DNA of 64,000 nucleotides from Zygnema circumcarinatum SAG 698-1b (GCA_037447605.1 CM074804.1:1240001-1304000); one strand, 5' to 3'; positions 11,601-24,240 are shown, numbered from the stretch's first letter. Program-made: numbers and translations. The notes: generated from the letters alone by a model not told the origin.

Positions 11601-14600
11601 CCGCCACTCTCTTCTCCCTCTGCTGCTGCCCTTTCTCTTCCTCCCTGTTCGCACGAGCGATGACTTCTAACCCCACCTGTTCACACTGCTCCATAAACTC
11701 GGCATCGCTGGGCAGCTCTGGAGAGGAAGCTCTCGCTCCCACAACCCCTCCCACTCCCACTCCCACTCCCACTCCCACTCCCACTCCCACTCCCACTCCC
11801 ACTCCCACTCCTACTCCCACTCCCGCTCCTGCTCCCCCTCCCGCTACACCACAGTCACTTTCCTCAGGCTGGTTAACAGAGGGGTCCTTTGGAAACATTA
11901 ACCCCAAAGTGGGGGACTTCGTCGATTCCGTTCCCCCTTCCTCCGAAGCCCTCTCCCTCTCCCTCTCCCTCTCCATCTCCCGCTCTCTCATCTCTGCTGC
12001 TTTTTCTCGCTGCATGTACTGCTCCAACAGCCCTCCCTGGGAGGAGGTAGCCATGGATGAGCCGGCGGACGTCTGCCTCCCTATTGAATGGATGGAGGGA
12101 GGGCCGGAAGAGGGACGAGATTTGGCCCATGCAGGAGCTGCCTGCGGAGGTCCCTCCCCTCCCTCTCCCCCAGAAATAATTTCATTTCGGTCCTCCATAT
12201 TTTCCCCGTTCTTCTCGCCCCTAGTGGAGCCCAAAACCCAAGGCAGAACCCCACCCCGTCTTCCGGAAGATTCCGGAAGCGTCTCCCTCTCTCTCTCTCT
12301 CTCCCTCTCCCTCTCCCTCTCCCTCTCCCTCTCCCTCTCCCTCTCTCTCTCCCTCGATGGATTTTGGGGAGAGCTCAGATCTCTCCGACCCCAACTGAAA
12401 ACGGTCGAACTTCCGGGAGGTGCCATCGAGGCACCTCCGTCGTCCTGCACGGAGTCAACGTCATGATTACCGCTGTTGACTTTCTGCAGCGCCGCTGCCG
12501 CCCCAATGATTGCTTCCGACTCCTCCTTGAAGAAAATCTCGTTGGGTTTTTTGCTCCTTGCGGTTGACCCGGACCCCTTCTTTTCGCGAGGCTCCGAATG
12601 CGACCCCAAAAAAACTGCCGTTCTTTTCCCGCCGGTCACTTTCGGCTCAATTTCTTCCAAAAAAATTTCACTCGACTGTTGCCCTCCTCCTACAGAAGGC
12701 GCAGCGTGAATTTCCAGGTCATCCTGAACTAAAGATGAAACTGTTGCTGCTTGAAGGCTGCCCAAGGAAGGGCTGTCATTTGCCGGTAAGGGAATGTTCG
12801 ACATGAATTGGAACTCAGAGGGCTCTGAAGGTTCGGAGTCAGCAACACATGGAGAGCTTCCTCTCCGTTCAAGCACCTCAACAAGGCTCTGTTTCCGTTA
12901 AACGGAAAAATAGCCGCCCCACATAGGACCAAACCAACAAAAAAACCCAAGTCAGCAATTTGGATAGACAAGCTGCTGCCCATTGTTCTGTCCCACTTTC
13001 TAACCCAATATTGCAGCCCGTTCGCTAATGAAACCCAAAAAAAACTGACCTCAGATGTTCCTTCTGCTGTTACACGCGGCATCTGAAAGTCGATATTCAG
13101 ATTTGGGAGGGGCTGCGATCCACTCGAAGCCCGAGAAGTGGGCTCGGAAAGTGACGGCCTTTTATCCGATCTCTGCGGTTTTTGAGGCTCTGAATTTTCA
13201 ACGAAATCGTTTTTCTGTTTAGGCGCTGCTGCAACCTGCATGTGTGGGACTGTCCGTTTTGTATTCTGCAAAGCGAGATAGCTTCGGCAGTTTTCTAAGC
13301 AATGAATTGATTTTCTAGCAATGAAATCCGCTTCGGTTTCCATTAAAAGTTCCCTGAAATAAGAACAAGGGAGAAAAAGGAAAGCGCAAGCTTCAGGTTA
13401 GGGGTAGATTAAGTATGGGAAAAATTTAATGACAACAAAGATCCCTTCACATAACATAACATAGACCTCCGCACTCTCCTAATCACCCTTTCCCCTCACT
13501 TGCTCTCCTCTCTACCTCAGTCCCACTTCCTCTCCCTTCCTGTCAACCTCCTCACACTGCATTTCTCTCAACTCCACTCCCTACTCGCTCTTCCCCTCTC
13601 ACTTCCTTCTCACTTCCTCTCTCTCCCACGCTCTCTCTCCCAATTCATAACCTCTCTTTGAATTCACACCCTCCCTCCATTCCCACGAGCTATTTTCCTT
13701 TCTCTACCTTCTCCGTCTTCCACTTTCTCGCCCCCAAATCTGCTTCTCTTCGCCTCCCCCCTCCCCCTTCTCCCTCCCCATCCATCTGCCTCCGTCGTCC
13801 TCCTTCCCTGTCACTTGGCTCTTTACCTCCCTTTGTCCTCTGCCCTCTTCCTCCTCTCCTCACCTTCTCTAACTCCTCTCCCTCCCTCTCCCCATCACCT
13901 CTTCCTTCCCTCAGCCATTCACACAGTCCTTTTCTTTCCCCTCCCTTACCTTACTATCTCTGCCACTCCTTTCCTCCTGTCTCATTTCCTCCTCGTCCTC
14001 CCCTAACCCCCTTCCCAGATGTGCGCCTTCCTTCTCTTCACTATCCCATCCTCACCCTTTCTCCTTCCCTCTCGCTCTTTCCCTTCCTTCAATGATCCCC
14101 TGTAAAACTCCCTCTGACCGAATCTTTATTCTCCCTCCTCCCCCTCTCACCATCCCATTTACTTTGTGTTAAGTATTCTAGGAACTTTTTCTTTCCTCCC
14201 CTTCCTCTCTTTCCCCCCTTTTTTCTCCTCCACCCTCCCCTTCCTACTCCCCCCTCCTTCACCTTCCTCTCCTCTCCCCCTCTCCTTCTCCCCTCCCCGA
14301 CTCCTCCCATCTCCTCCCCCTATTCTATCCTTCTACTCTCTCAATCTGACGCCTCTCCCTATCCCTCCTATCCCTATCCCTCCTATCCCCCTCTTCCCGC
14401 CCCTCCTCCCAACTCCCCCTCCCATCCTGCCCTCCACCCTTCAACGATCTTCCACCCCGCTTCCCCTTTTCGTCCACTTTCTCTCTTCCCTCCCACTCCC
14501 TCCTCCACCCCTGCCCATCCAGCTCCCCCCCTCCCTCCCCCTGCCCCTCCCTTTCTCCCTCCCCTTGCCCCTCCCTTTCTCCCTCCCCCTCCCCTCCCCA

Positions 14601-15077
14601 TTTTCCTTCCCCTATCCCTATCCTTGCCCCTCTCCCACTGCCTTCCATTTCCTTCTCCCTCTCGCTCTCCCTTCCCCTCTCCTCCATCTCCCTCCTCTCC
14701 CGTCACCTCTCTCTTTCCCTCTCCATCTCTCTCTCCCCCCTCTCGCTTCCCCTCTCCCTCTCCATCTCCCTCCTCTCCCTCTTCCCCTCTCCTCCCCCCT
14801 CCCCTTCTCCACCTCCCCTCCCTCCTCACCTGTAGTCCGCTGAGTGTCCCCGGCCCCTCCCTCCCCCCTCGAGCAGCCTCTCCGTGTGCGCCACGAGGCG
14901 CTCCGCGTGTCGGAGAGCCTCCCGTGCCGCCTCGTGGAGCGCCACGTGGAGGTCCCTCGCCAGCAGGCTGCTCCCCCCGTTGGTGCCCGAGGTCGGGGAC
15001 GTCCCCGGGTCCCCCCCTCCAGCATTGCTGCGCACGGAGCTCAGCCCTAATTCGAAGGGGCTCCAGCTCTCCGCCAT
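8623..15077 (-). CDS. WRKY: Large single-domain WRKY transcription factor (~1058 aa); exons 14830-15077, 13050-13353, 11546-12888, 11139-11240, 8623-9802
   Basis: DGWNWRKYGQK, then the typical phase-2 intron after PR, then SYYRCKEKCGAKKQVERCSEDPRKVRITYEGQHSHP. All junctions are GT-AG and the total of 3177 nt is in frame. The first exon is the least certain. Confidence 0.88.
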
Positions 15078-15378
15078 CTCTCTATCTCTCGCCCTCTCCC
15101 TCTCCCTCTCCCTCGCCCTCGCCCTCTCCCTCTCCCTCTCCCTATCCCTCTCCCACTCCCTCCCCCTCTCCCTCTCCCTTTTCCACTCCCTCTCCCCCTC
15201 CCTGTCCCTCTCCTCCTCTCCCTTTCCCTCTCCCACTCCCGCTCCCGCTCCCTCTCTCTCCCCACCCGCTCCCGCCGCCCCTCCACAGCCCCCTCTCCGT
15301 CCCTCCCTACCACTCCCGAGGTGACGCATGGAGCAATGGCTCTCCCGAGAACCTCCTCCCCTCCATGCCGAGGGCGGC

Positions 15379-15499
15379 CACGTGTCGCCCCCTTGACCGC
15401 CGCCCGCCCGCCCGCCCGCAGTCAACCCTTCCCCCTCCCCTCCCCCTGCGACGTTTTGCATCCGCCCGAGAATCAGCCCTCAGTGTGAACGCGTTGACC
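15379..15499. promoter_or_regulatory. G-box plus three W-boxes upstream of the WRKY gene
   Basis: CACGTG 15379-15384; TTGACC 15393-15398; AGTCAA 15420-15425; TTGACC 15494-15499. Function is inferred. Confidence 0.5.
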
Positions 15500-17340
15500 T
15501 GCGGTTCCGTCCGCACAGTGTGAGCGGTTCGCGGCTTGCCCGCCTTGCAGCAATCGGAGTGCGCCTGGCTCGAAATGGTGTTCTAGAACCAGTTCATGGC
15601 ATTTCATTCTTCGTTAGTTTCTTTTTGATTTTATATTCTGTGCGGTACGGATTCATTTCAACTTGGACATTTGCTAAGCGCTGCTTTCGAAAGACGATTC
15701 TGAATCCGCTCTTCGCGGCAGGTGCGCAAAGCGACAGAAGCCATGTCGTTGTTGTGGGAATGAGAGTCGCCAAGTGAACGCCTCAAAAACATAAAAATTG
15801 GTTTTTCAGTGTGAACGCGAGCAGAATCGCGGAAGGAGCGCTCCGCGACAAAAGCGGACGTCAGCAGCGCCAGCTCGCGTCCATGTCGGCAGAAACGGAC
15901 AAATCCGCGATTCCAGAAGCTGAGACTGTACGGTCGCTCCTGCCCTGGACCGCGGTCCTCAAATAGGGGAATTTCGTCCTAAAATAGAGGAATATCCCCT
16001 AACTTGGTTTTGAAAAAACCCGTAAATAAATCATGTACGGACGATACTTATGTACGGGCATGTACGGATGGTGCTATTTTAGTGTTTTTTTTTTTTTGGG
16101 CATGTACATCCGTTTATGGTCTTTTTGAGTTCTAAAGAGATGGAGGATGCGGCATTGATCTCACGATGGCCATGATGCCATCAAATGGACATGACAAAGC
16201 CATCATCATGGGGAACCACGAGGAACTGGTCGCGAAGTCGTCGTCTTGTTGAGCCTCGAAGCAGCAGCAACAACAACAAAGGAGTAAAGTTAACTTTTGT
16301 TTCATTTTCAATTTCAGTTTTTATTTCGGTTTTTTGTTTTTGTGGCTGAATCCCAGAACTTTGGATGTTATGATTTGGAATTTAGTTTTTGTGAGGAGGT
16401 TTCTAGACTATGATGGACTACAATGGTTTATGTGACTTTATGTTGTGATTGCCAATGCACAAGTGTTCTCATTGACTGGTAAAAAATCCGATCTATAAAA
16501 GTCGAAGAGTTTGCACCAATTTCTGAAGCCGTGTTGTCAAGCCAAGAAGTAGTGTTCATGTACCTATAATGACATCGCCATCGTGAGTGCAATGCCAATT
16601 CATTTTACATTTGTTTGAACCAAAAAACGAGCTTTTTGGTATGTAAGGTTAAATCACCATGTCATGCCCGCCCCCCCCCCCCTCCTCACCGTTGCGGCTC
16701 TCTGCCCGCGCCGCTGCCACGTGGCGGCCCCTCGTTCACCCCCTTGCGGCGTGTCCCGCTGCTTTGCGCTTGCTGTTTTTTGCTTTTGTTTGTCTTTGTT
16801 TCTGTTCTGTTTTGTTTTCGTTTTCGTTCGTCTTTGTTTTCCCTTCTTTTTGTCTCTTTTTCTGCCCTTTTTTCTGCTTTTGTGCTTGTTTTTCTAATCC
16901 CCTTCACTGTGCTTTGCGTTAGGGCGTCCTTTGCATCCCGATGTCGTTTCTTGCCTTGCCATTCCGTTATTCCTTTGTTTGCAGGTGCGCGCTTGCCCCC
17001 ACAGCCGGGGCTGCCGCATTCTTGTAACGGCTGAAATCTAACTCCTTCAGCCTGCGCGGAATAACACACCAGCACTCAGAGTTCAGCGAGAGGGCGAGAG
17101 CAAGAGCGAGAGAGAGAGCTTCAGAGAGTGGCGCAGCCCTGGTCAGGGGTGCAACCGAATGCCGGTACGTTGGTTGGCGACAGCCAACCTCGCCCCTATA
17201 TGCTTCCCCCGTTGAACCTCCTACCAGCATGGAGGATTGGAAGCAGGGCTGTCCAGTGGCAGGCTGCCACGTGTCCCTCTCTGGCCCGAATGGGTCAGAG
17301 GTGTACAACGTACGAACGCTCGCCGCATTCNNNNNNNNNN

Positions 17341-20300
17341 TGCGCGGGGACGGCTCAAGAACCCCCCGAGCCGCCCTCGCCCGCTCTCCTGCGGCCTGCG
17401 CCTCCCAGTACAAGTTTATGAGCTCTTGGCAATTGGTTAAATTGCCCTCGACTTCCCATGTGCTATGTTCAACCCCATAGCCCAACCACTTCACGAGGTA
17501 TTCGTAACGGGAAGAGCGACCCTTTCTCACAATACGGTGGGCTTGAATGGTTTCAACTTCATACTCAAGTTCACCTTCAAGTTCCACTGGTGGGGGAGGT
17601 GGTTGGATCCTCCCATCGCTACGGTAGACCTTTAGCAAACCCACATGAAAGACCGGATGCACCTTCATGTGGGATGGTAAATCCAACCTGCAAGAGACAT
17701 CATTGAATCCCTTCTCGACCCTGAAAGGTCCGATGAAGCGGGGCCACAGCTTACGTGTTCCGCCATAAGCTTTGAGTCTCAAGTTCGCCGTACTTAGCAA
17801 CACCTCATCGCCTTCGTTGAAGGTGAGTTGGGTACGGTGACGGTCAGCATAGGCCTTTTGTCGCGACTGGGCCGCTAGCAGGGTCTGCCGTGCCCTCTGA
17901 AGCGCCTCAGACATTAGCGGACAAAGATCATGACTCCGGGAGGTTGAACCATCGGTCCCTCTCAGCTTCAGGGTCGAGGTTCTGTGGGCCATGGCTTCCC
18001 TGGATCAGGCAGAGGGGCTGATCCCGAGGAGTTTAGAGGATGCTGGCCAAAGTTCAAGAAGAAAGGGGTGGTACCAATGGACTCCTGGTAAGCATTATTG
18101 ATGGCATACTCAGCCACTGGGAGCAGTTCTTCCCACCCAACCGGGGTAGGTCCCACATAATGCACGGAGGTAATCCCCTCCAGGATCCACCTGCACCCGT
18201 TCTAAGATCTGGCCATGGGTTTCTTGAGATTGGGGAAAGCTGTAGTACTCAGCGCCTGCTTGAGATTTCCCAGCGATTTTGAGCACTTCCGTCAAAATAT
18301 GGCCGGTGAATCGTGGATCACGGTCAGACACAATTTCTGACTGAAGACCATGCTGGCTCCACACTTTGTCAACGTACAAACGTGCAATCTCGTCGGCCCC
18401 AGCTGTCTTAGTAGTAGTCGGTGCAAAATGCACCATCTTCGGCGACCCGGTCGACAAAGACGAAAGGATAGTCATTGCCCCGAGGGTGTCCGCGACAGAT
18501 GTGATCAAGTCCGTACCCACATATCCATTTCAAAAGGGGGTGTGGGGGGGATGCGGTGGCGAGGATCACTGCCCGGTCGCGAGGTTTGTTTAGATTGACA
18601 AGTTGGACTAGCGGTACATGCGGCTTCGCGTCCTCGAGAGTCGAGGCCACGAACTCGGGCGTGCCTCGCTGAGTTTGAAAAACGCTCTCCATTGTGACCC
18701 AGCCTCGGTGCGGGGAGGATCATGTAGAGCGCCCCGAGGGAATGAGGCTGCTTGTTTCGATCCGGCCTTGGGCGACCAGCTGGCTGGCGTGGTACCAAAA
18801 TCCGTCCTTTGACACCACTTTGTCCTTATAGCCATTACCTTGGCCATCCAGGAACAAAGGATCACCAGTATACCCCTCCTGAATCATCTGTCTGAGATCA
18901 GAGAGAGCAGGAGGGTTGACTGCGTCACTGGTGGAGGGATCTATGACAAAGCATACTGGAGACGGAGACTCGGGGTTGGCCGGCCCCTCACCTCTGTCAT
19001 CTCGTTCCACCAACACTCGAGTCGACGAGCGCACCATCCAGGCAAGATGCCGAGGCTGCCTGCTCAGTGGGTCTGCTACATTCAGCCTTCCGGGCCGATA
19101 GACCCACTGGCAGTCAAACCTTTGGAGGAACTCAGACCAGCGTGCCTGCCGCCTAGACAGGGTCTGTTGGGTAGAGAGAAACGTCAGCGGGCGGTGGTCA
19201 GTGACCAGCGTGACCGCCTTCGCCCCCTCTAAATAGCACCGCCATGTCCTCAGGGCGTGGACCACTGCAAGCAGTTCCTGTTCTGTTGCAGAATAGTTGC
19301 GCTCAGCGGGATTCATTTTGCGGCTTTCATACGCCAGAGGTTGACCATCTTCAAACAAGACGGCACCCAAGGCGAATCCCGAAGCATCACAAACCACTTC
19401 ATAAGGTTTGGACGGGTCCGCTAAACGGAGAGTGGGTGTGGTAGCAAGTGCATGGCGGACACCCTCAAATGCTTCCTGGCACTCAGGGGTCCATACAAAG
19501 GGGACACCGGAACGTGTCAAATTAGTCAAGGGAGTAACCAACTTACTAAACCCTTGGATGAACTTACGAAAATAATTCGCAAATCCCAAGAATGATCGCA
19601 ACTGATGCAAGTCAGTCGGTGGCGCCCAAGTTTCTACCGCTGAAACTTTGGCAGGATCAGGCCGAAGACCCTGATCATTGAGGATATGCCCAAGATAAAG
19701 CAACTCGCGTTGCATGAAGTGACACTTCTTCCTCTTGGTGTTGGAGTCTGGATCTGCTCGCTGCTCCCGGCGCCACCTCGCGTGTCGCCCTCCATTGGAA
19801 CTCCGGTTCCCACCGATGAAGACATCTTCACTCTCTCTCACTCTATCTCACTTCACTCATAGCCCATAACTCACAGAATGAACGCAGAGACGAGCACAGC
19901 GGAAATCACACACGAGAGAGTATAGGAGAAAGCTCACGGCTCTAAAACTCCTTTATAATAAGAATGTCACCCACATGAAGTTCTCCCCCTCTCACTAGCT
20001 ACTTCTCCCCTTACTCACTACCTTGCGACACAAGCAGGGCAGCCCAGCAACACGAGCAGGCACAGAATAAGTCACGGGACTACAGTAGTCTAATGTGGTT
20101 ATCCTACATAATCAAGCTAAACCCTATATACCGCCATGGCCGTGTTACGTGACATCTTCCTTGTTGACCGATGTCATGTCACGGCCGCCTTCATGCGTTC
20201 AGCAGCCAGGTACGCGTTCAACATCCAGCATTGCGGTTCTTCGTAAACCTACGTCCGCGCCGACCTAGTCAACTCGTCCGTACAGTTTCGCCGCCCATCT

Positions 20301-21570
20301 GAACTTGTCGTCCGTCCGNNNNNNNNNNTGAGCAAGATCAAGTGATGTAAACACTTTGGCGCCGTGAAGACGATCCAACAGATCATCGATACGTGGTAAA
20401 GCAAATCGATTCTTTACGGTGATCTTGTTGAGTGCGCGATAATCAATGCACATCCTCAACGAGCCATCCTTCTTCCCAACGAACAAGATGGGCGCCCCAA
20501 AGGGGCTTTGACTGGGTTCTATCCAGCCCTTGTCACGTAAAGTTGCCAACTGCTTTCACATCTCCTCGATTTCTTTTGGACTTAACCGATAGATCGGCCG
20601 CCAAGGCGGCTTTTGCTCAGGCTCAAGAGGGATTGTGTGCCCCACCCCTCGCGATGGGGGCAACCCTCTTGGAAGGTCATCAGGGAAGACATCCCTGAAT
20701 TCATCCAACAGAGGTTGGAACTGGGAGGGAACAGTGGAGAGCACGTCAGTAGATGTGATCTGCCACTCCTGATCTTCGTCATGAACATCCTCAGTGGCTG
20801 TCATAACATGCACCATGAACAAGGTGCAACCCTCCTTAACAGCTTTGGCCAATTGCATGGCTGAGCAGAGATCAGGAGTAACAGGCTGCTTGATAGCAGA
20901 GGATGTGGAGCTGCCAGGGTGCAGGGTAATCCGCCTGGCACCACTGTGCAGAATGCAATGTGGGACGGAAAAGTCCAATTGGGCCTTGACCTCAGTTTAC
21001 CAAGCACTCCCCAAAATAACATCAGTACCAAGGGCCAGTTGTGTTAGAAGACACTTGACTGCCCCGAGGTAGGATTGGAGCTTGATCTTGAGAGTGACGC
21101 TGCCAGAGATCTGGCCCTTGCGTCCATCCCCGAAAGTAACACTTTCTGAATGGGGATCTGTGGTCAACCCAAATCTCTGGGTGAATGCAGAACTAACAAA
21201 GTTAGCATCTGCCCCAGTATCTAGCAGTATAACTGCTGGGTGGCCATTGGCTGACCCGATGAAGGTCATGGCACGATGGGCAAGGTGGAACATAGATCGC
21301 ACTATATGCGAAGGTTGAGGACGAGCCGTCCTCCACACCAAGGTGTAGGGGGACCTAACCAGCGAACTGGTGGATCCTTCCACCAACTTGTGCCCTTTCC
21401 TCAACTGTTTCACCAACCGCCAGTTGGCGTTGGGANNNNNNNNNNGACCCGAGATCCAATCGCGGGACCGGATTGGTCCCGTAGTGCCGTTGCCCCCGAT
21501 CCTCCGCTATGCTGAGGGGGGGACGTTGGGGGATGATGTGGGGCCCACCGTGACTACGTGGCGGCCCCAC
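17341..21570 (-). mobile_element. Degenerate Ty3/Gypsy chromovirus internal region (gag end, protease, RT, RNase H, integrase, chromodomain); LTR boundaries unresolved
   Basis: Protease ILLDTGADANF; [30 protein letters not shown]; RNase H VVCDASGFALGAVL and VTDHRPL; integrase IVSDRDPRFT; chromodomain YEVETI...YLVKWLGYGVEHSTWE. Frameshifts are present, with 10-N gaps at 17331, 20319 and 21436. Confidence 0.93.
19739..20318. mobile_element. LTR-like insertion interrupting the Gypsy RT; one end lost in an N gap
   Basis: Non-coding block starting TGTTGG at 19739, exactly where the RT reading (…KRKKCHFMQRELLYLGHIL) resumes on the minus strand. The other junction is hidden by Ns at 20319-20328. 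Confidence 0.65.
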
Positions 21571-23038
21571 GGGTGAACCAGTTCTTACGGTTCGAACCTA
21601 GGACCTCCATCGTCCTATAGGGTATCCGATGCCCTAACCATTAGGTGATGCATTGGATGGAAACATAAGGCCACGCCGGGCTTTAAGTAATCCTTCCCCC
21701 TTGGGGTGACTGTAGCGTTTCGCTACAATTCTTGTGGGCTCCACCGGCTGCGATCGTGGCGTCACATTGCGGCGTGGTGGCTTTCGTCTGCGCCGGCTCT
21801 GTCGGTGCCTTTGGTCTCCTTCGCCATGGCGGGATCCCCTCTTCAATCGTCCTCTCCTTCCCCCTCTCCTTCCCTTTCTCTTTCGCCCCCCCTTGCTCCT
21901 TCGTTTGTGGTTGCTCCTCCTGCCCTACCCCCCCTTTCTCTCTCATCTCCTGCTGCTCCTCCTGCCCCACCCCTTGCATTCTCGTCTGTTGATGTTGCTC
22001 CTCCTGTCCTTGGCCCTGGCTCTGTCCCTCATGCTGCTGCTCGCCCTCGCCCTCGGCGGGTCGTACCTAGGGTTCCTTGTATTCATTGTGGGGCTTGTTT
22101 TGCCCAGGGTGCTGGAATGGCTTTGCATGAGCGTGCTTGTCCTGCTCGTCCTTTTGCAGCCCCTTCTCCTCCTCCCTCTTCTTCTACCCCAGCCCCTGCC
22201 CCTCGTAGGCCTTCCCTGCATGCGGGGCCTAGTCCGTCAGCTTGGGCCTATGCCCAATCTCTTGATGTCCTTGGATCTTTCTTTCTTGGGTCTCGTCGTC
22301 CCCGTCTTTATGCTCGTATCCCACGAGCCTTGCGTGTTTGTGTGCGTGATGCCTTGCGCTTGCCCCTTGCTCGCCTTGTGGGTGATCCGTCTGATGTTGT
22401 TGCATGGCATCTCCTTCTTCTTTTCCCTCTTTGGGTTTTAGTCTTACCCCCTCGTGGTGGGGCTAGTGCCATTCGTGAGACCCGTCGGCGGTGCATTCGT
22501 TTTTCAGCGGGGGATTGGGAGCTTTTGCAGGTTGAGCATGCAGATCGGATTCGTACCTTGTCTACATCGACCACTAGTCGTTTGCCTGCCCTTTTTGACC
22601 TCCCTGCCCGGCATCGTCGAGCGGTTCAATTGGGTCGTTGTGGGGAGCTATCTTGTGCTGCTTGGGCTTTGCGTCCTTTCACGCTTGCTCCAACGACCCT
22701 TGCCACTTTGGATAGCTTGCGCACTCTCCACCCTGTCGCCCCGGCGGCCCTCCCTTCCTTCATTGACACCTTTGAACCTGTTGATGCCTTCGTGTTGGAT
22801 CGTGTCGCTTTTGCTCGGGCGGTCACTCGGTCTCCCCATTTGTCTGCCGGGGGGCCGTCGGGCATGGTTTATGAGTTATTTCGAGATGTCTTTTCTCCCG
22901 ACACGGGCGAGGGTGGTTTCGACTTGTTCTTTCAGCTTGCTTCTATCATTGCTCAGGGTCGAGTCCCTATGTCTATTAGTCATCTCCTCACCTCTGCTCG
23001 TTTAGTAGCTCTTGCTAAGCCTACCGAAGGTGTTTGCC

Positions 23039-23540
23039 TGTAGCGAACTGAACGCTACAGACACCACGGTGCCGCCGGCATCCTGAGGATCTCCGTACGG
23101 TCCATCCGTACAAGCCGTCCGTATAGTCGTACGGTGTAGCCGTACGGATCCGTACTACCCGTACGGACGGTACGGACTGACGGCGATTCTGCGGCGTCGT
23201 GCGTCGCGTTCGAGATCGGAACACGACCACGACCGCCGGTCGCTATACGGAGTGACGTGTCACGGTCACACATTGGGAATGCTGGTGACCGTGACCGGCC
23301 TCTCATACAACTGGCATTGGACCAGTCGATTGGCCACGTGGCATAGCGCCATTGGCTAGCCCTGCTCCCGGTCCCTTACGCTGGTAAAGGGTTCGACGGG
23401 GGGAGCGTATAAGGGGCGTGGGATGAATGCAAGAGGGGGTCCTGGGAAGGGGGCACTTGCAATCGTTCCAGAAACCAGCATTACGTTTAAGTGACTTAGT
23501 CTCCAGCAGGCTTTGGGTGTTGTGCTCAAGGCTTGTTACA
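23039..23540. mobile_element. Solo LTR (502 bp) inserted in the LINE RT
   Basis: Termini TGTA...TACA; flanking 5-bp TSD TTGCC at 23034-23038 and 23541-23545. Removing it restores KPTEGVCPIAVGEV. Confidence 0.9.
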
Positions 23541-24114
23541 TTGCCCCATCGCTGTGGGGGAGGTTTTGTATCGTGTGGTTGCCCGTGCTATGTGTTTGCA
23601 GTTGCAGGGGGCTTTTCAGGATCACTTTTCCCCTTATCAGTTTGGTGTTGCGACCCCGGGGGGTTGTGAGGCTGTTGTTCATGGCATTCGAGCGACTCTT
23701 GACCTTCATCCGGATTGGGTGGTTTTGCAAGTTGAAGTGACGAACGCCTTCAACACTGTCGCACGTGAAGAGATTTTCCGGGAGTTGCGCGAGGCACCTG
23801 CCCCTATTGCTTCCATTTTTCCTTTTGTTCGTGCCTTTTATTCTTGCTCCAGCCCTCTCCTTTTCCCTCTTGGTGGTACTGACAGTTTTCTTGCCACTCT
23901 TGAGTCTACGACAGGAACGCGCCAGGGTGACCCATTGGGGGGTCCGTTGTTTGCTTTAGCGCACCTTCGTGCGCTCCGAGCATCTGCACAAGCCTTTCCC
24001 GGGTGTCTTTTCCCTTCAGTTGCAGATGATACTCACATTATTGGCCCTGTCAATCAGGTTGTTGCTGCATTTACTGATTTCACTACTCGCTTGGCAGCTT
24101 TGCAGCTCACCGTT

Positions 24115-24240
24115 AATTTGTCCAACTGTTTTGCTTGGTCTCCGGTTGGTCTCCCCTCTTCCCTTTCGCTTCCAGATAATTTGTCCAAGTGTTTTGCTTG
24201 GTCTCCGGTTGGTCTCCCCTCTTCCCTTTCGCTTCCATCT
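24115..24240 (+). repeat. 63-bp in-frame tandem duplication within the LINE RT
   Basis: Two near-identical copies encoding NLS(N/K)CFAWSPVGLPSSLSLP. Confidence 0.9.

Noticed and set aside
16660-17330. Candidate 3' LTR of the chromovirus (possible starts TGTCATG at 16660 or TGTAACG at 17023)
   Set aside because: No matching second LTR was found in the window and the inner boundary is in an N gap, so it cannot be supported.
17128-21576. Plus-strand ORFs over the Gypsy region
   Set aside because: Antisense shadows of pol with no independent motifs.
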